From assembly GCA_035292445.1 (NCBI GenBank), contig DATDQB010000020.1:155484-219483 (forward strand): a DNA stretch of 64,000 nucleotides, read 5' to 3'. Origin of the DNA: Candidatus Omnitrophota bacterium. GTDB lineage: Bacteria; Omnitrophota; Gorgyraeia; Zapsychrales; Zapsychraceae. The notes under the pieces are model-generated. The model did no database searches. It was not told the DNA's origin and saw only the letters and a list, made by a program, of their open reading frames with translations. The translations under genes and the position numbers were made by a program. Shown here piece by piece: positions 18,386 to 28,643 of this stretch; positions within the stretch are counted from its first letter, which is position 1; every line of letters begins with the position of its first letter.

Positions 18386-19555
18386 TTACCCTGCGATTAA
18401 GTGACATATCTGTCCTACCAACAGTCCCAGGTAGGTCCCTATGATACCACCCAAGATGGCCAACAGCAATCCGACCGAAGCCAGCCCCGGCTGGTACACC
18501 TCCGCCACGATCGGAGCGGAGGCCACCCCGCCGATATTGGCCTGGCTGGCGACCGCGACCAAGAACAAAGGAGCGCGGATCAGCCGGGCCACGCCGATGA
18601 GGACCGCCAGATGAATAAAGACGATCAGAAATCCGGCAACGATCAAGATAAGCGCTGAGCCGATATGGGCTAAACTCGCCTTGGCGCCGATGGAGGTTAA
18701 CACGAAATACAAAAGAAAGTAGCCGATGCGCGTAGAGCCGTATTCTTCCAATCTTCTGGCCGGCGTGAATGAAAACAAAAGCCCTAGCACGGATACAAGG
18801 ATGATCGTCCACGCGTACATTGAAATGACATCTTTGACCTCCGGCAACAGGCGGGCGGCGCTGGTTGCCGCAAAGCCACCCAGGAAAGCAAATATCAAGA
18901 TAAAAATCGTGACAAAGAAATGATTTTTTTCTTTTCGCACGCTCATCATCCCCTTGATCCTTCGAGTAAGATCTTCCAGCACCTGGCGGTCACAGCGGTT
19001 CCAGCGGTCATAAATGGGTTGAAGCCCAACCAACGCGACCAGCGTTCCCATCCAAATATAGGGAACGATGGTGTCCACGATCACCATCGGCAGGAAAACT
19101 TGATCCGGGGTGCCCAAAGCTTCTTTGACGGCGATCATATTCGCGCTTCCCCCTGTCCACGAGCCCGAAAGCGCGCCAAAGCCGGACCACATCTGTGTTC
19201 CCACCACATCCTTAAAAAGAACAAAAACAACGACCGTCCCCAGCATGATCCCGAAACTCCCTGCCAACATCATCGCCAGCGCCGAGGGGCCTAATTTAAA
19301 GATCGCCTTAACATCAACGCAAAGTAAAAGTAAGAACAAACTCGCCGGCAGGAAATTCTTGGAAATAACGCCGTAAACACTTGCTTGGCTGTCAATAAAT
19401 CCCATCGTTGAGGTGACCATCGGCAAAAAATAGATCCAGAAAACCGCCGGCAGGAACTTAAAGAATCTTTTATAATGTGGATGACCGGACAAATAAAGGA
19501 TCATGATCTCGATCAACAAAAGAACGCCCACGATGCCTAAAGGATGTTTGATCAT
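18386..19555 (-). CDS. DUF819 family membrane protein (putative transporter)
   Basis: Multi-TM; SGSWTGGSANMIAV and VASQANIGGVASAP motifs. Confidence 0.85.
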   Translation of the reverse strand: MIKHPLGIVGVLLLIEIMILYLSGHPHYKRFFKFLPAVFWIYFLPMVTSTMGFIDSQASVYGVISKNFLPASLFLLLLCVDVKAIFKLGPSALAMMLAGSFGIMLGTVVVFVLFKDVVGTQMWSGFGALSGSWTGGSANMIAVKEALGTPDQVFLPMVIVDTIVPYIWMGTLVALVGLQPIYDRWNRCDRQVLEDLTRRIKGMMSVRKEKNHFFVTIFILIFAFLGGFAATSAARLLPEVKDVISMYAWTIILVSVLGLLFSFTPARRLEEYGSTRIGYFLLYFVLTSIGAKASLAHIGSALILIVAGFLIVFIHLAVLIGVARLIRAPLFLVAVASQANIGGVASAPIVAEVYQPGLASVGLLLAILGGIIGTYLGLLVGQICHLIAG

Positions 19556-20634
19556 AGGCCCTGAAGGATGATCCCCACTCCCGCCTTCACTTTTCTTAAA
19601 TCATATTGGCCATCGGAACTTAAATAAGAATTACCTTTTAATCCGCCCTTGATAAAAAATGGCGTATCCAGGTCGATGTAATCAAAACACCCCAAACCGG
19701 CAGCCAGGTGCGCGGAGGCAGTCATGGCCAAAGACGTTTCCATCATCCCGCCGATCATGAGCTTTATGCCGCTCGCCCGGGCGAGCCGGGCGATCTTGCA
19801 AGCGTGCACGATGCCGCATTTCATGATTTTAATGTTAATGACGGGAACTAACTTTTGTTTTATGATTTTTCTGGCGTCGTCCATCGTACGCACGCTTTCA
19901 TCCGCGCAAACGGGAATGGTTGTCGAACGGGAAATCCTTTTAAGCCCCTCCCAATCGTCTTTGGGCACCGGCTGCTCAAGTAGATCGATCTTGATCTTTC
20001 CCTTTTCCAATAATTTCAAAAATTTCAACATCTCATCAGCCGTATATCCCTGGTTGGCATCCAGATAAATACGGCTTCTAGGGGCCGATCGTTTAACGAT
20101 CTCAAGGCGTTTGAAATCAAGGTCCATGTCCCTGCCGATCTTGACCTTAAAGGCCCGGAATCCCTGACGAAAATATTTCTTAACCGAACTTTCCGTTTCC
20201 TTAAGGCCTGCCAGCACGATCGTTATATCACTGGTGAGCTTATGGCAGCGCCGGCCGAAAAACCGCCATAAAGGCATCCTCTCCTGACGGGTCAAGGCAT
20301 CGAGCAAGGCCGTTTCAATAGCGGCAATGGCACAGGGATTGGAAGAAAGGATTTGATGAAAACGCTGCGATATTTCTTCCACCCTTGCCGGCGATTCGCC
20401 CAATAATTGTTTTTTGATACGCTCTAAATTGTCGAGGGTCTGCCGCAGTGTTTCGCCGGTGATGTGTGTGGCAACAGCGGCCTCGCCCCAGCCTTTGGTC
20501 TTATCTTCCAATTCGATGCCGAATAAAATATTTTCGAGATAATCATGGGTACCCAACGCCGTGCGGAAAGGCTGGTTAAGTTCGGCCTTGAGAATTTGGA
20601 CAGAAATGTTCTTGATCCGATGGCGCGCGCTCAA
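19552..20634 (-). CDS. L-Ala-D/L-Glu dipeptide epimerase (enolase superfamily)
   Basis: PFRTALG, KVKIG, DANQGY, EQP, ADES, NIKIMKCG, DLD motifs. Confidence 0.9.
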   Translation of the reverse strand: MSARHRIKNISVQILKAELNQPFRTALGTHDYLENILFGIELEDKTKGWGEAAVATHITGETLRQTLDNLERIKKQLLGESPARVEEISQRFHQILSSNPCAIAAIETALLDALTRQERMPLWRFFGRRCHKLTSDITIVLAGLKETESSVKKYFRQGFRAFKVKIGRDMDLDFKRLEIVKRSAPRSRIYLDANQGYTADEMLKFLKLLEKGKIKIDLLEQPVPKDDWEGLKRISRSTTIPVCADESVRTMDDARKIIKQKLVPVINIKIMKCGIVHACKIARLARASGIKLMIGGMMETSLAMTASAHLAAGLGCFDYIDLDTPFFIKGGLKGNSYLSSDGQYDLRKVKAGVGIILQGL

Positions 20635-21986
20635 TTTTTTATCTCAACAACGGCCGCCAAACGCCGCAACAATGAGCCTTTCTTTGAGCCCTCGCCTAAA
20701 AAAAGATCACTGACCACTACCCTGTTTAGAACGCGGATGACATCTTCATCCTGTGAAGGTTCGCGATAACCCCAAACGGAATGAATGGCATATGGATGTT
20801 CATCCACTGTTCCTAAATACAACATGATATGGCCTTTCATGGGAAGAATGACGCTTGCTCCTGGGATGTTTCCCAAGATATCGATCTTTTGATGTGCATC
20901 CACCGTTTCATCAAACCGGGCCAGCGCCCTTCCAACCTGGGCCTGATTTTTGGAATCGCGCGTTAGATTTATCCCGACGGTCGCAAAAACTTCCTGCAGA
21001 AACCTTGAACAATCTTGTTCACCATACATATCACCCCATCCGTAGGGCTTATTCAACAGCTTAAACGCCTGTTCAAAAATAGTGCGCGGTGTATGTGGCA
21101 AAAATTTATCAGAGGCCTGAGATTTTTTTATATAAGCCGTCCTTAGTTCCATCATTCCCTCGCTTGTCGGCGCGGGGATCAAAACGGCATATACCAACTT
21201 ATCGGCTTTTTTGGCCAACGGCAATATCACTCCCATGCGTACATGGTCGTAATGCTGGGTCAAGGCCTCATCAAGGTAAATATCCGCTGTCGCATCGGTA
21301 ACGACAATAAATTTACGCATAGAAATATACTGCTTAAACTGCTGGCGGGAACACAGGGCGATCGTATCAGCGGGCACCCAACCGTCGCTTAACGCAGAGA
21401 CCGCATAGAGCCAGCGCCGATCGGCACTTCGATGAAGAACAATGACAGGTATGCCGATATCAAGGCCGCTGTTTTGAAGCTCATCAAAATCAATGTCTAA
21501 CGGCTTAGCATACAAACCCAGGTCCGTCGGCAAAAACCGCTGGTCGGCGAAACGGGTAACCACCCCATATTCGACAGGAATCTTCTTGGCGATTGTATCT
21601 ACTGCCGTTTCCGCCATCATCTCATCAAAAAAACGCTCCGGAGCCGCTTGGCCATCATCCATGAAAAGCCCTCGCGCTTTCAACTCGAGAACCTTCGTCG
21701 CCAATTGCTCCTTAAGGGCCGGGCCATCATAAAACTGAGGAAACTTCTTCAGGTCTTTGGTCAGTCCCAACACCTCTTGGTTATGGCGGTTAAAATCGTT
21801 GATGGCCTGCTCATTCATGATGAGTTGGTCGGGGTCAGGATGGCGGCTGATCCAATAGCCGGCCGTTTTCATCTCGCGTGTCACGCCGGGAAGTTCACTG
21901 GGCGCGCTGTAGTAAAGCTGCTCGTGATCGGCGAACGATTGATTACTTAAAAGTATCAAGCAGATAATGAGTGGAATGTATTTCAT
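20631..21986 (-). CDS. Secreted SH3b-NlpC/P60 gamma-D-glutamyl peptidase (YkfC-like)
   Basis: Signal peptide; PYGWG...DCSRF and GHIMLYLG...IH catalytic motifs. Confidence 0.85.
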   Translation of the reverse strand: MKYIPLIICLILLSNQSFADHEQLYYSAPSELPGVTREMKTAGYWISRHPDPDQLIMNEQAINDFNRHNQEVLGLTKDLKKFPQFYDGPALKEQLATKVLELKARGLFMDDGQAAPERFFDEMMAETAVDTIAKKIPVEYGVVTRFADQRFLPTDLGLYAKPLDIDFDELQNSGLDIGIPVIVLHRSADRRWLYAVSALSDGWVPADTIALCSRQQFKQYISMRKFIVVTDATADIYLDEALTQHYDHVRMGVILPLAKKADKLVYAVLIPAPTSEGMMELRTAYIKKSQASDKFLPHTPRTIFEQAFKLLNKPYGWGDMYGEQDCSRFLQEVFATVGINLTRDSKNQAQVGRALARFDETVDAHQKIDILGNIPGASVILPMKGHIMLYLGTVDEHPYAIHSVWGYREPSQDEDVIRVLNRVVVSDLFLGEGSKKGSLLRRLAAVVEIKN

Positions 21987-22645
21987 GGATCCCCTAAAAC
22001 AATTACAGGATGTTTCGCCCCATCAAGCCATTTCAACAGCCGTTTGACATTCCGTTGCGAGAGCGCCACGCAGCCGGCGGTTGAGCTGTCCGCGCCGCGC
22101 CAGACATGCAGGAATATCGCGGAGCCGTTCCCTGCAACAACCGGGCGCGTATTATATTCGATCACCGCTGCGTATTTGTAAAGATGGTCATCGCGCTTTA
22201 AGCGTTCAAATGAATTTACTTGAGGCGTTCCTTTGACCCAAGTATTGTATTGTTCGGAAGCCGGATCATCGACCCAGAAATCATCAACTCCGACTTGAGC
22301 GTACGCGAGCTTCGTATTAACGGCCGCCGGATAACCGAACGCCCTTTCCAATCGAAAGAGGCCGGATGGCGTACGGCCGTCGCCCTCTCTTTTTTCACCC
22401 GCGCTCGCCAAGCCGTTTCTTCCAATGACCGAATTCATTGAAGGGAACACAGCCTCCCAGCCGTTTTCCCCGCGTTGCCATGCGCTCACTTTCGCTTTCG
22501 TCTGATGCTGTGGGTCGGCCTCGACAACCACCGCTTGTTGAATATCTGTTTCTAATGAACCTAAAACATTTGCCGGAGGCAAGGGTGTGGCGCATCCGCC
22601 GAGGCATAAAAGAAAGACCACAATGAACGTGTTATGAGTTTTCAT
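21983..22645 (-). CDS. L,D-transpeptidase-family (YkuD-like) lipoprotein
   Basis: Lipobox LGGC; KREGDGRTPSG and GSAIFLH...TAGCVAL motifs. Confidence 0.88.
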   Translation of the reverse strand: MKTHNTFIVVFLLCLGGCATPLPPANVLGSLETDIQQAVVVEADPQHQTKAKVSAWQRGENGWEAVFPSMNSVIGRNGLASAGEKREGDGRTPSGLFRLERAFGYPAAVNTKLAYAQVGVDDFWVDDPASEQYNTWVKGTPQVNSFERLKRDDHLYKYAAVIEYNTRPVVAGNGSAIFLHVWRGADSSTAGCVALSQRNVKRLLKWLDGAKHPVIVLGDP

Positions 22646-23867
22646 TCGCTGGCAACCACTTGGGGCCACCGAGAAGGCGGGCGACCATCATGCTGGAGAC
22701 GTTGTCACCAACGGCATTGACCATCGTGGCCGGCGGGTCGACTAATACGCCTATCATTGAAATAAGCGGCAAAGCTTCTATCGGAAAACCGTATAACGTA
22801 ACGATCAAAATCTCCCCCAAGAATCCGCCGGAAGGGATACCGCTCATCACGGTCCCGCTTAATAGGGCGACACCGATAGCGGTAAGTAAGACGGCGGGGC
22901 TGGAAAAATCCATTTGATAAAGGCCGAACAATAAAGCGATCTTCAATATAGCTGACAGGCACGAGCCTTCCATGTGAATGGTCGCGCCTATTGGGATCAC
23001 CACTTCTCTTATATCTTCAGGGATCCCGATTTTTTTAGCGGCCTCCAAACTCGTCGGGATGGTCGCCACACTGCTACCGGTCGCCAACGCCGTCAAAGAA
23101 GCCGGGATAATGTTCTTCCAAAATCTTTTGATCCCTTCTTGCCCGGCGGCCAAGAACGCGTACAACGAGAACGCGGCTATAAAATAAAAGAAGGCGAGCG
23201 GGTAATACACTTTCATCGCCCGCAGGTACGAACCGAACAGCTCCGGCCCGAACACGCCCACCAGATAGGCAAAATACGCGCCTAAACCAACAGGGGCATA
23301 ATACATGATATACCCGATGACTTTCCCCATGACCTCGTTACCGCTCATAAGAAATTGCGTGAACGCCCTTCCCTTGTCCCCGGCATGGGAAGCGCCAAGG
23401 CCGATCAAAAGAGAAAAAATGATCAACGCCAGCATATTCTTCTTGGATAAAAGGTCCCCGAAATCGGAAACGGTAAAAGCCTTAACGATCTGCGCTGAAA
23501 CATTGACCGCTTCGGGCTCTGTTACCGATGGCATGTCAACACCGATCCCCTGCGCCGGCGGATAAACCTTGACGGCGATGACCATCAGGATGGATGAGAT
23601 GATGCCGGTTACGATAAAAATGAGCATCATGGCCGATAGGATCTTTCCCAGCCGCTTGCCGCTGCTCATCGAAGCAACGGCTGAGGAAATGGAGAAAAAA
23701 ACCAGCGGGACAACGCTCGTAAAAAGTAAATTAAGGAAAATGTCGCCGAAAGGCTTGAAAAAAACCGCCCTCTCTTTAAGGGCAAGCCCCGTGACCGATC
23801 CGATAACGAGCGACAAGAGCAGAATGAGGGAAAACCGATAACTTTTAAGCGGGGATGTTTTTGCCAT
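22632..23867 (-). CDS. Dicarboxylate/amino acid:cation symporter (DAACS)
   Basis: TGSSVATIP, PIGATIHMEG and TMVNAVGD motifs. Confidence 0.9.
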   Translation of the reverse strand: MAKTSPLKSYRFSLILLLSLVIGSVTGLALKERAVFFKPFGDIFLNLLFTSVVPLVFFSISSAVASMSSGKRLGKILSAMMLIFIVTGIISSILMVIAVKVYPPAQGIGVDMPSVTEPEAVNVSAQIVKAFTVSDFGDLLSKKNMLALIIFSLLIGLGASHAGDKGRAFTQFLMSGNEVMGKVIGYIMYYAPVGLGAYFAYLVGVFGPELFGSYLRAMKVYYPLAFFYFIAAFSLYAFLAAGQEGIKRFWKNIIPASLTALATGSSVATIPTSLEAAKKIGIPEDIREVVIPIGATIHMEGSCLSAILKIALLFGLYQMDFSSPAVLLTAIGVALLSGTVMSGIPSGGFLGEILIVTLYGFPIEALPLISMIGVLVDPPATMVNAVGDNVSSMMVARLLGGPKWLPANENS

Positions 23868-23916
23868 TAGCCACCATTATACATCCTGACGGTTATAGGA
23901 TAAATATGAGATTGGA

Positions 23917-24723
23917 TTATTGTGAGGGGACAGAAAATAAATCCTTAACGCGATTGAACAGCGGACGCTTGGGGGAAATTTGGCCGTTATTAACTCCCGC
24001 GTACACCTTAAGCCCGTCTTTGAGGGTGAATTGGTTTTTTAGGACGCGCATGCCTACTTTTTCCAAAAATTTACCCAAACTTTGGATGTCGAAATAATAA
24101 AAGTGATCGGAAATGAAACCTGCCCATTTGGCGCCCTGGCGCCTGACATTGCGGTGGCCGACGTTCGGCGTCCATACCTCTAAGAGCCCGTCCGATTTAA
24201 GGATGCGCCTGATCTCTTTGAAGACGGCGGAAGGATCAGGGACATGCTCGATGACATGGTAGATCGTAACGACGTCAAAGAACGCATCGGGAAAATGGGC
24301 GTCTTCCAAAAATCCGGCAAACACATTAAGCTTAAGTTCTTCCCGGGCAAATTTATAACCGATCGGTGATATCTCGACACCGTAAGGGTCAAAACCGACA
24401 TTGCGGGCCGCCTCCAGGATAAATCCGGCGGAACAGCCGATATCAAGAAACCGCCCTCCCTTTTTGTAACGGCTGATGCCCCTTAAGATCTTCTTGGCCC
24501 TGCGGCGCTTGGATTCGCTTTTTTGGATATAGCCAGCGGAATAATCGCCGTCGGTATAAACCTTATTCTGCTTTTCGATGATTAGCCGGGGATTCATGTA
24601 CACCAACCGGCAGTTGGCGCACCTGACGATATGGTAACCGTCCTTTTGGTAAAGCTGCGAAGGCGCATCGAGCCCGCACAAATTGCAGGGGACATAAATT
24701 TTATCTTGTTCCAATATTTCCAT
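23917..24723 (-). CDS. Class I SAM-dependent methyltransferase with N-terminal CxxC...CxxC
   Basis: CNLC/CANC; LDIGCSAG; HVIEHVPDP. Confidence 0.85.
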   Translation of the reverse strand: MEILEQDKIYVPCNLCGLDAPSQLYQKDGYHIVRCANCRLVYMNPRLIIEKQNKVYTDGDYSAGYIQKSESKRRRAKKILRGISRYKKGGRFLDIGCSAGFILEAARNVGFDPYGVEISPIGYKFAREELKLNVFAGFLEDAHFPDAFFDVVTIYHVIEHVPDPSAVFKEIRRILKSDGLLEVWTPNVGHRNVRRQGAKWAGFISDHFYYFDIQSLGKFLEKVGMRVLKNQFTLKDGLKVYAGVNNGQISPKRPLFNRVKDLFSVPSQ

Positions 24724-24775
24724 AAGGACACATTATAACAAAAGAACGTTGGCGGCGCATATGATTTTACGGAAG

Positions 24776-26203
24776 TTAATATCCCCGCCCTTTGCCCATC
24801 ATATTATAAATGAATTTCCATACCTCAAAAGATTCACCACAGCTTAAGCCTCTATCTTTCATCAAATAATAGCGGGTATGAAAATCTTTCATCCGATACC
24901 TGACGAGAAATTGGTTCCAATCCTGGGTCGTCTTCAGCTGCTGCGCATGCTTTAGCACCCAAAACTCGAACATGCCCTTGCTGCGGTCAGGGTATTTTTT
25001 AAAAAAATCATACAAGAAATCAACAGAAAACAAAACCGCCACGGCCAAGGCGACGGCGGCCAGCCACGGCCACCATTTCTCGGCCTGCGATATCAAGACC
25101 CCGGTCAATAAACTCACAACAGGCCAATGAACGCTGGTGCGCAGCGCGTTGGGGATGTCATGGTTTGTAAGCGAAGCGGGTATCAGGGAAAGGAAAAAAC
25201 CGGCAATGCATAGAAGAATGATCCCTTCCTGCCCCTGAAAGGCCCCTCGGTCTTTTTTATACCACCTACGCCATAAAAGAAGGAATAGACCAAAGCCCCA
25301 CCCCGCGTAATCCAGCCAGCTAAATAAGCCGTTTCGGCCGGTAGAATGGACCAATAGCCCTCCTTTTCGAAAAAGGAATTCCCACGACAAATGCAGGCCC
25401 AAATTGTTGATAAATAACGACCAAACGTTCTTCATCCATAAAGGACTCAGCGCTTCTCCCTGCGCCTGGCCGAAAATACTGATCTGATTAAACCTCGTCT
25501 GCAGCTCTCCGGAGACAATGCCAAGGATCAATGGCAGCGTTATCAGGACCAAAACTAAAAAGAAAACGACCCACGGAAGAAATCCGTAACGCCATCCGCG
25601 GCATAAAACGAAAAATACCATCAAAAATAACGGAATAAACAGCCTTTCGGGAGGATAAGAATACAAGCTCAACCCGATAAAGGCGGCCGATGCCCCCATA
25701 TTCACTTTGCTTTGGGCCTTAAGCAGGAAAAATAATCCCCACCCAAAAAAAACAGCGCCGAAGATGGACTCAAGCCCCAGGCGGGAACAGACAAAAACAA
25801 TGGGCGATAAAGAAGCCGCCAGCGCTGACCACAGCCCGCAGGTTAATCCGCCGACGCGCCGGCCCAAAAAAAAGATCCCCACGATCCCGAATATGACGCC
25901 CAATGCCGTGAAGGCACGCAAAGAAGGCACCGTGGTACCAAATACTTTCGCCCACAACGCGACCGGCCACATATACGTGGGCGGCCGCGGCGTGCCGTAG
26001 CCGACATGCAAAAACAAACCGGCCTTTTCCCCCCAGCAATTCAAGCCTTCCAACGCAAAACAGCGCACCGTCACCGCGGTACTGTATTCGTCAATATTGT
26101 ATCCCAGCGGGACCTTGTCTAACTGGAAAAGCCGAAAGCCGTTAACGATAATGATGAGAAAAATCAAAAAGAAAGGAAGGAATTTTTTCACAAAATCAAT
26201 CAT
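24776..26203 (-). CDS. GT-C fold membrane glycosyltransferase (ArnT/PMT-like)
   Basis: P.G.N.DE motif after first TM, PP.Y motif, ~11 TMs. Confidence 0.75.
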   Translation of the reverse strand: MIDFVKKFLPFFLIFLIIIVNGFRLFQLDKVPLGYNIDEYSTAVTVRCFALEGLNCWGEKAGLFLHVGYGTPRPPTYMWPVALWAKVFGTTVPSLRAFTALGVIFGIVGIFFLGRRVGGLTCGLWSALAASLSPIVFVCSRLGLESIFGAVFFGWGLFFLLKAQSKVNMGASAAFIGLSLYSYPPERLFIPLFLMVFFVLCRGWRYGFLPWVVFFLVLVLITLPLILGIVSGELQTRFNQISIFGQAQGEALSPLWMKNVWSLFINNLGLHLSWEFLFRKGGLLVHSTGRNGLFSWLDYAGWGFGLFLLLWRRWYKKDRGAFQGQEGIILLCIAGFFLSLIPASLTNHDIPNALRTSVHWPVVSLLTGVLISQAEKWWPWLAAVALAVAVLFSVDFLYDFFKKYPDRSKGMFEFWVLKHAQQLKTTQDWNQFLVRYRMKDFHTRYYLMKDRGLSCGESFEVWKFIYNMMGKGRGY

Positions 26204-26285
26204 AACATAGCCGTCTTTCGGCCCATAACATTAATTCAGAAATCTTTTGCGAATTTGAGGCAGATTTGTTATAAACAAAGTACGA

Positions 26286-27071
26286 ATGAACACTCATTTC
26301 GACATCACCATCCTCATACCAGCCAAAGATGAAGCGCTGCGCCTTCCGCCCTTTTTAAATAGCGTACTTACCTTTGCCAAGAATTACCCGGGAAAAATCG
26401 AAGTCATCGTTATTGACGATGGCAGCCGTGACGATACCGGAGGTGTCGTCATAAAAGCACAACAAATGTATCCCGGCCTTAAACTTTTGAGACTTCCCAC
26501 TAATAAGGGAAAAGGTTACGCCTTAAAATGCGGGATGTCCAGCTCCCAAGGGACCATCATTGCTTTCTTGGATGCTGACGGCTCAACACCGGTTGAAGAA
26601 GTTAGCCGCCAAATAAAATGGTTTGATGAAGGTTTTGACATCGTTGCCGGATCACGGGTGTTACGGGACCCTTCTTCCCAAGTGCAGGCGTTGGCGTACC
26701 GGAGATGGGCCGGCGCCCTTTTTAACAGCCTCGTGCACATATTCCTGATGAATGACATCAAGGATACCCAATGCGGCTTTAAGATGTTCCGCCGCGGTGT
26801 TGTGGCCGAGCTTGTGAGCCGCGTGCGCTTAAACGGCTACGGCTTTGACCTGGAACTTTTATATGCCGCCAAGCAGCTCGGGCTTAGGATCAAAGAAACC
26901 CCGGTCAACTGGCATCATGTGGACGGCAGCAAAGTGAGTTTGCTCAAGGATTCCTGGCGGATGATGGCCAACATCTTTCAGATCAGATCATGGCACGCCA
27001 GCGCCCCCAAGCAGCCGCTTATGCGGGTCCGTATTGAAAATCTTGAAAATAACTACGTTGAAAAGAATTAA
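26286..27071 (+). CDS. GT2 polyprenol-phosphate glycosyltransferase (dolichyl-P glucosyltransferase-like)
   Basis: DDGSRD, NKGKG, DADG, DTQCGFK and FDLELL motifs. Confidence 0.9.
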   Translation: MNTHFDITILIPAKDEALRLPPFLNSVLTFAKNYPGKIEVIVIDDGSRDDTGGVVIKAQQMYPGLKLLRLPTNKGKGYALKCGMSSSQGTIIAFLDADGSTPVEEVSRQIKWFDEGFDIVAGSRVLRDPSSQVQALAYRRWAGALFNSLVHIFLMNDIKDTQCGFKMFRRGVVAELVSRVRLNGYGFDLELLYAAKQLGLRIKETPVNWHHVDGSKVSLLKDSWRMMANIFQIRSWHASAPKQPLMRVRIENLENNYVEKN

Positions 27072-27076
27072 CCCTG

Positions 27077-27835
27077 ATGGACCCTGCCCAAGAGCTTGTC
27101 GTCTTACAAAAGACCCTTTACACTTCTAAGAACCCCACCAGGCGATGGCTGCATTGCCTTCGCAGGGACTGGATCATCTCAAAGATCATCGAATACAGCA
27201 AGGGAAGGGCCATTATCTCTTTGGAAACCGGCCCCGGATCGGGCGTCTACATCCCCACGCTTTCGGACGTGTCCTATGAAGTTGTTGCCTCGGACATAGA
27301 AAACGCCCATTTAAATAATATCGAAGGGCTGTTTAAGACTTATCCGAACGTCCGGCTGGTCGTGGATGACATCAGCGCCACACGCTTGCGCCCATCGTCT
27401 TTTAACTTGATATTATGCTCGGAAGTCATCGAGCATATTAACGGCTCGGCAGAAGTGCTGGGCAACTTCTTCAAGCTGCTTAAACCCGACGGGATCCTGA
27501 TCCTTTCAACGCCCCAAAAATTCAGCACGCTGGAGGTGCTTTGCAAGATCGCCTTTCTCCCCGGGATCATACAGCTCGTGAGGCTCATTTATGGGGAAAG
27601 CATCCTCAAGACCGGCCACATCAACCTGAAAACACAAAAACAATTAATGAAAGAGATCCGTCAGGCGGGCTTTACGATCGTTGAACAATACAAATGCGGC
27701 TTTTATCTGCCTTTGATCGCGGAGTTCCTTGGTGAGGCGGGATTATCGCTTGAGAAAGGCTTGGAAAAAACCATCCGCAAAACCAAATTTATGGACTGGC
27801 TGCTGTGGACCCAGGCTTATGTGTTGAAAAAATAA
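27077..27835 (+). CDS. Class I SAM-dependent methyltransferase
   Basis: LETGPGSG and CSEVIEH...LKPDGILILSTP motifs. Confidence 0.82.
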   Translation: MDPAQELVVLQKTLYTSKNPTRRWLHCLRRDWIISKIIEYSKGRAIISLETGPGSGVYIPTLSDVSYEVVASDIENAHLNNIEGLFKTYPNVRLVVDDISATRLRPSSFNLILCSEVIEHINGSAEVLGNFFKLLKPDGILILSTPQKFSTLEVLCKIAFLPGIIQLVRLIYGESILKTGHINLKTQKQLMKEIRQAGFTIVEQYKCGFYLPLIAEFLGEAGLSLEKGLEKTIRKTKFMDWLLWTQAYVLKK

Positions 27836-27844
27836 ACGGCCTGG

Positions 27845-28636
27845 TTACTTCTTTTCCATCCCGAAAATCTCTTTAAAAAAACCCTTCATCGCTTTCCAGG
27901 ATCGCTTGTCAGCCGTCGCATCATAAGCGTTCCCGCTGGCTTTGTCATTCCCGGCGGCTTCTTTAGTAAAGGAATGTACTGCGCCGCTATAATGGACCAT
28001 CTGCCAATCGGCCTTGGCATCGTTCATCTCTTTCATGAACGCGGCGATTTCTTCCGGCGGGACGTGCGGGTCATCGGCACCGTGCAAAACAAGCACTTTG
28101 GCGTTGATGGAATCCGTACCGGCCACTTCCCCTTTACCGAGCCCGCCGTGAAAGCTCACTACACCCGTCACATCGGCGCCGCTGCGGGCCAGTTCCAACA
28201 CCGTTGTTCCGCCGAAACAATAACCGATCGCGCCTGTCTTGGCCGCATCGACCATCGGATGTTTCTTTAATTCATTGAGCGCCGCAATAACGCGTTGGCG
28301 CAAAAGCGTCCGGTCGCCCTTAAATTTTCCGGCCTGCGCGCCGGCCTCAGCCGCGTCTTTGGGCCGCACGCCTTTGCCGTAAATATCCGCGGCAAAAGCG
28401 ACATATCCGAGTTCCGCCAGCATATCAGCCCTCATATTGCCGTACTCGCCAAAGCCCATCCAGTCATGAATGACAATGACGCCGGGGCGTTTGCCTTCGG
28501 TCGCGTTATCGTAAACAACATAACCCTCAAGCGCCGTATCGCCGTCTTTGTATTCGACAAGCTCTTTCACCAATTCCGCTTTGCTGGCCGAAACAAAAAG
28601 GAATAAAAACATCAATAACATCCATATCTTTTTCAT
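27845..28636 (-). CDS. Secreted dienelactone hydrolase family protein
   Basis: Signal peptide; GYCFGG, HGADDP and HSFT motifs. Confidence 0.9.
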   Translation of the reverse strand: MKKIWMLLMFLFLFVSASKAELVKELVEYKDGDTALEGYVVYDNATEGKRPGVIVIHDWMGFGEYGNMRADMLAELGYVAFAADIYGKGVRPKDAAEAGAQAGKFKGDRTLLRQRVIAALNELKKHPMVDAAKTGAIGYCFGGTTVLELARSGADVTGVVSFHGGLGKGEVAGTDSINAKVLVLHGADDPHVPPEEIAAFMKEMNDAKADWQMVHYSGAVHSFTKEAAGNDKASGNAYDATADKRSWKAMKGFFKEIFGMEKK

Positions 28637-28643
28637 GTTCTCC

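Noticed and set aside
18381-18812. N-terminal extension of ORF 17700..18812
   Set aside because: Overlaps DUF819 in another frame; the composition shift and ATG at 18380 mark the real start
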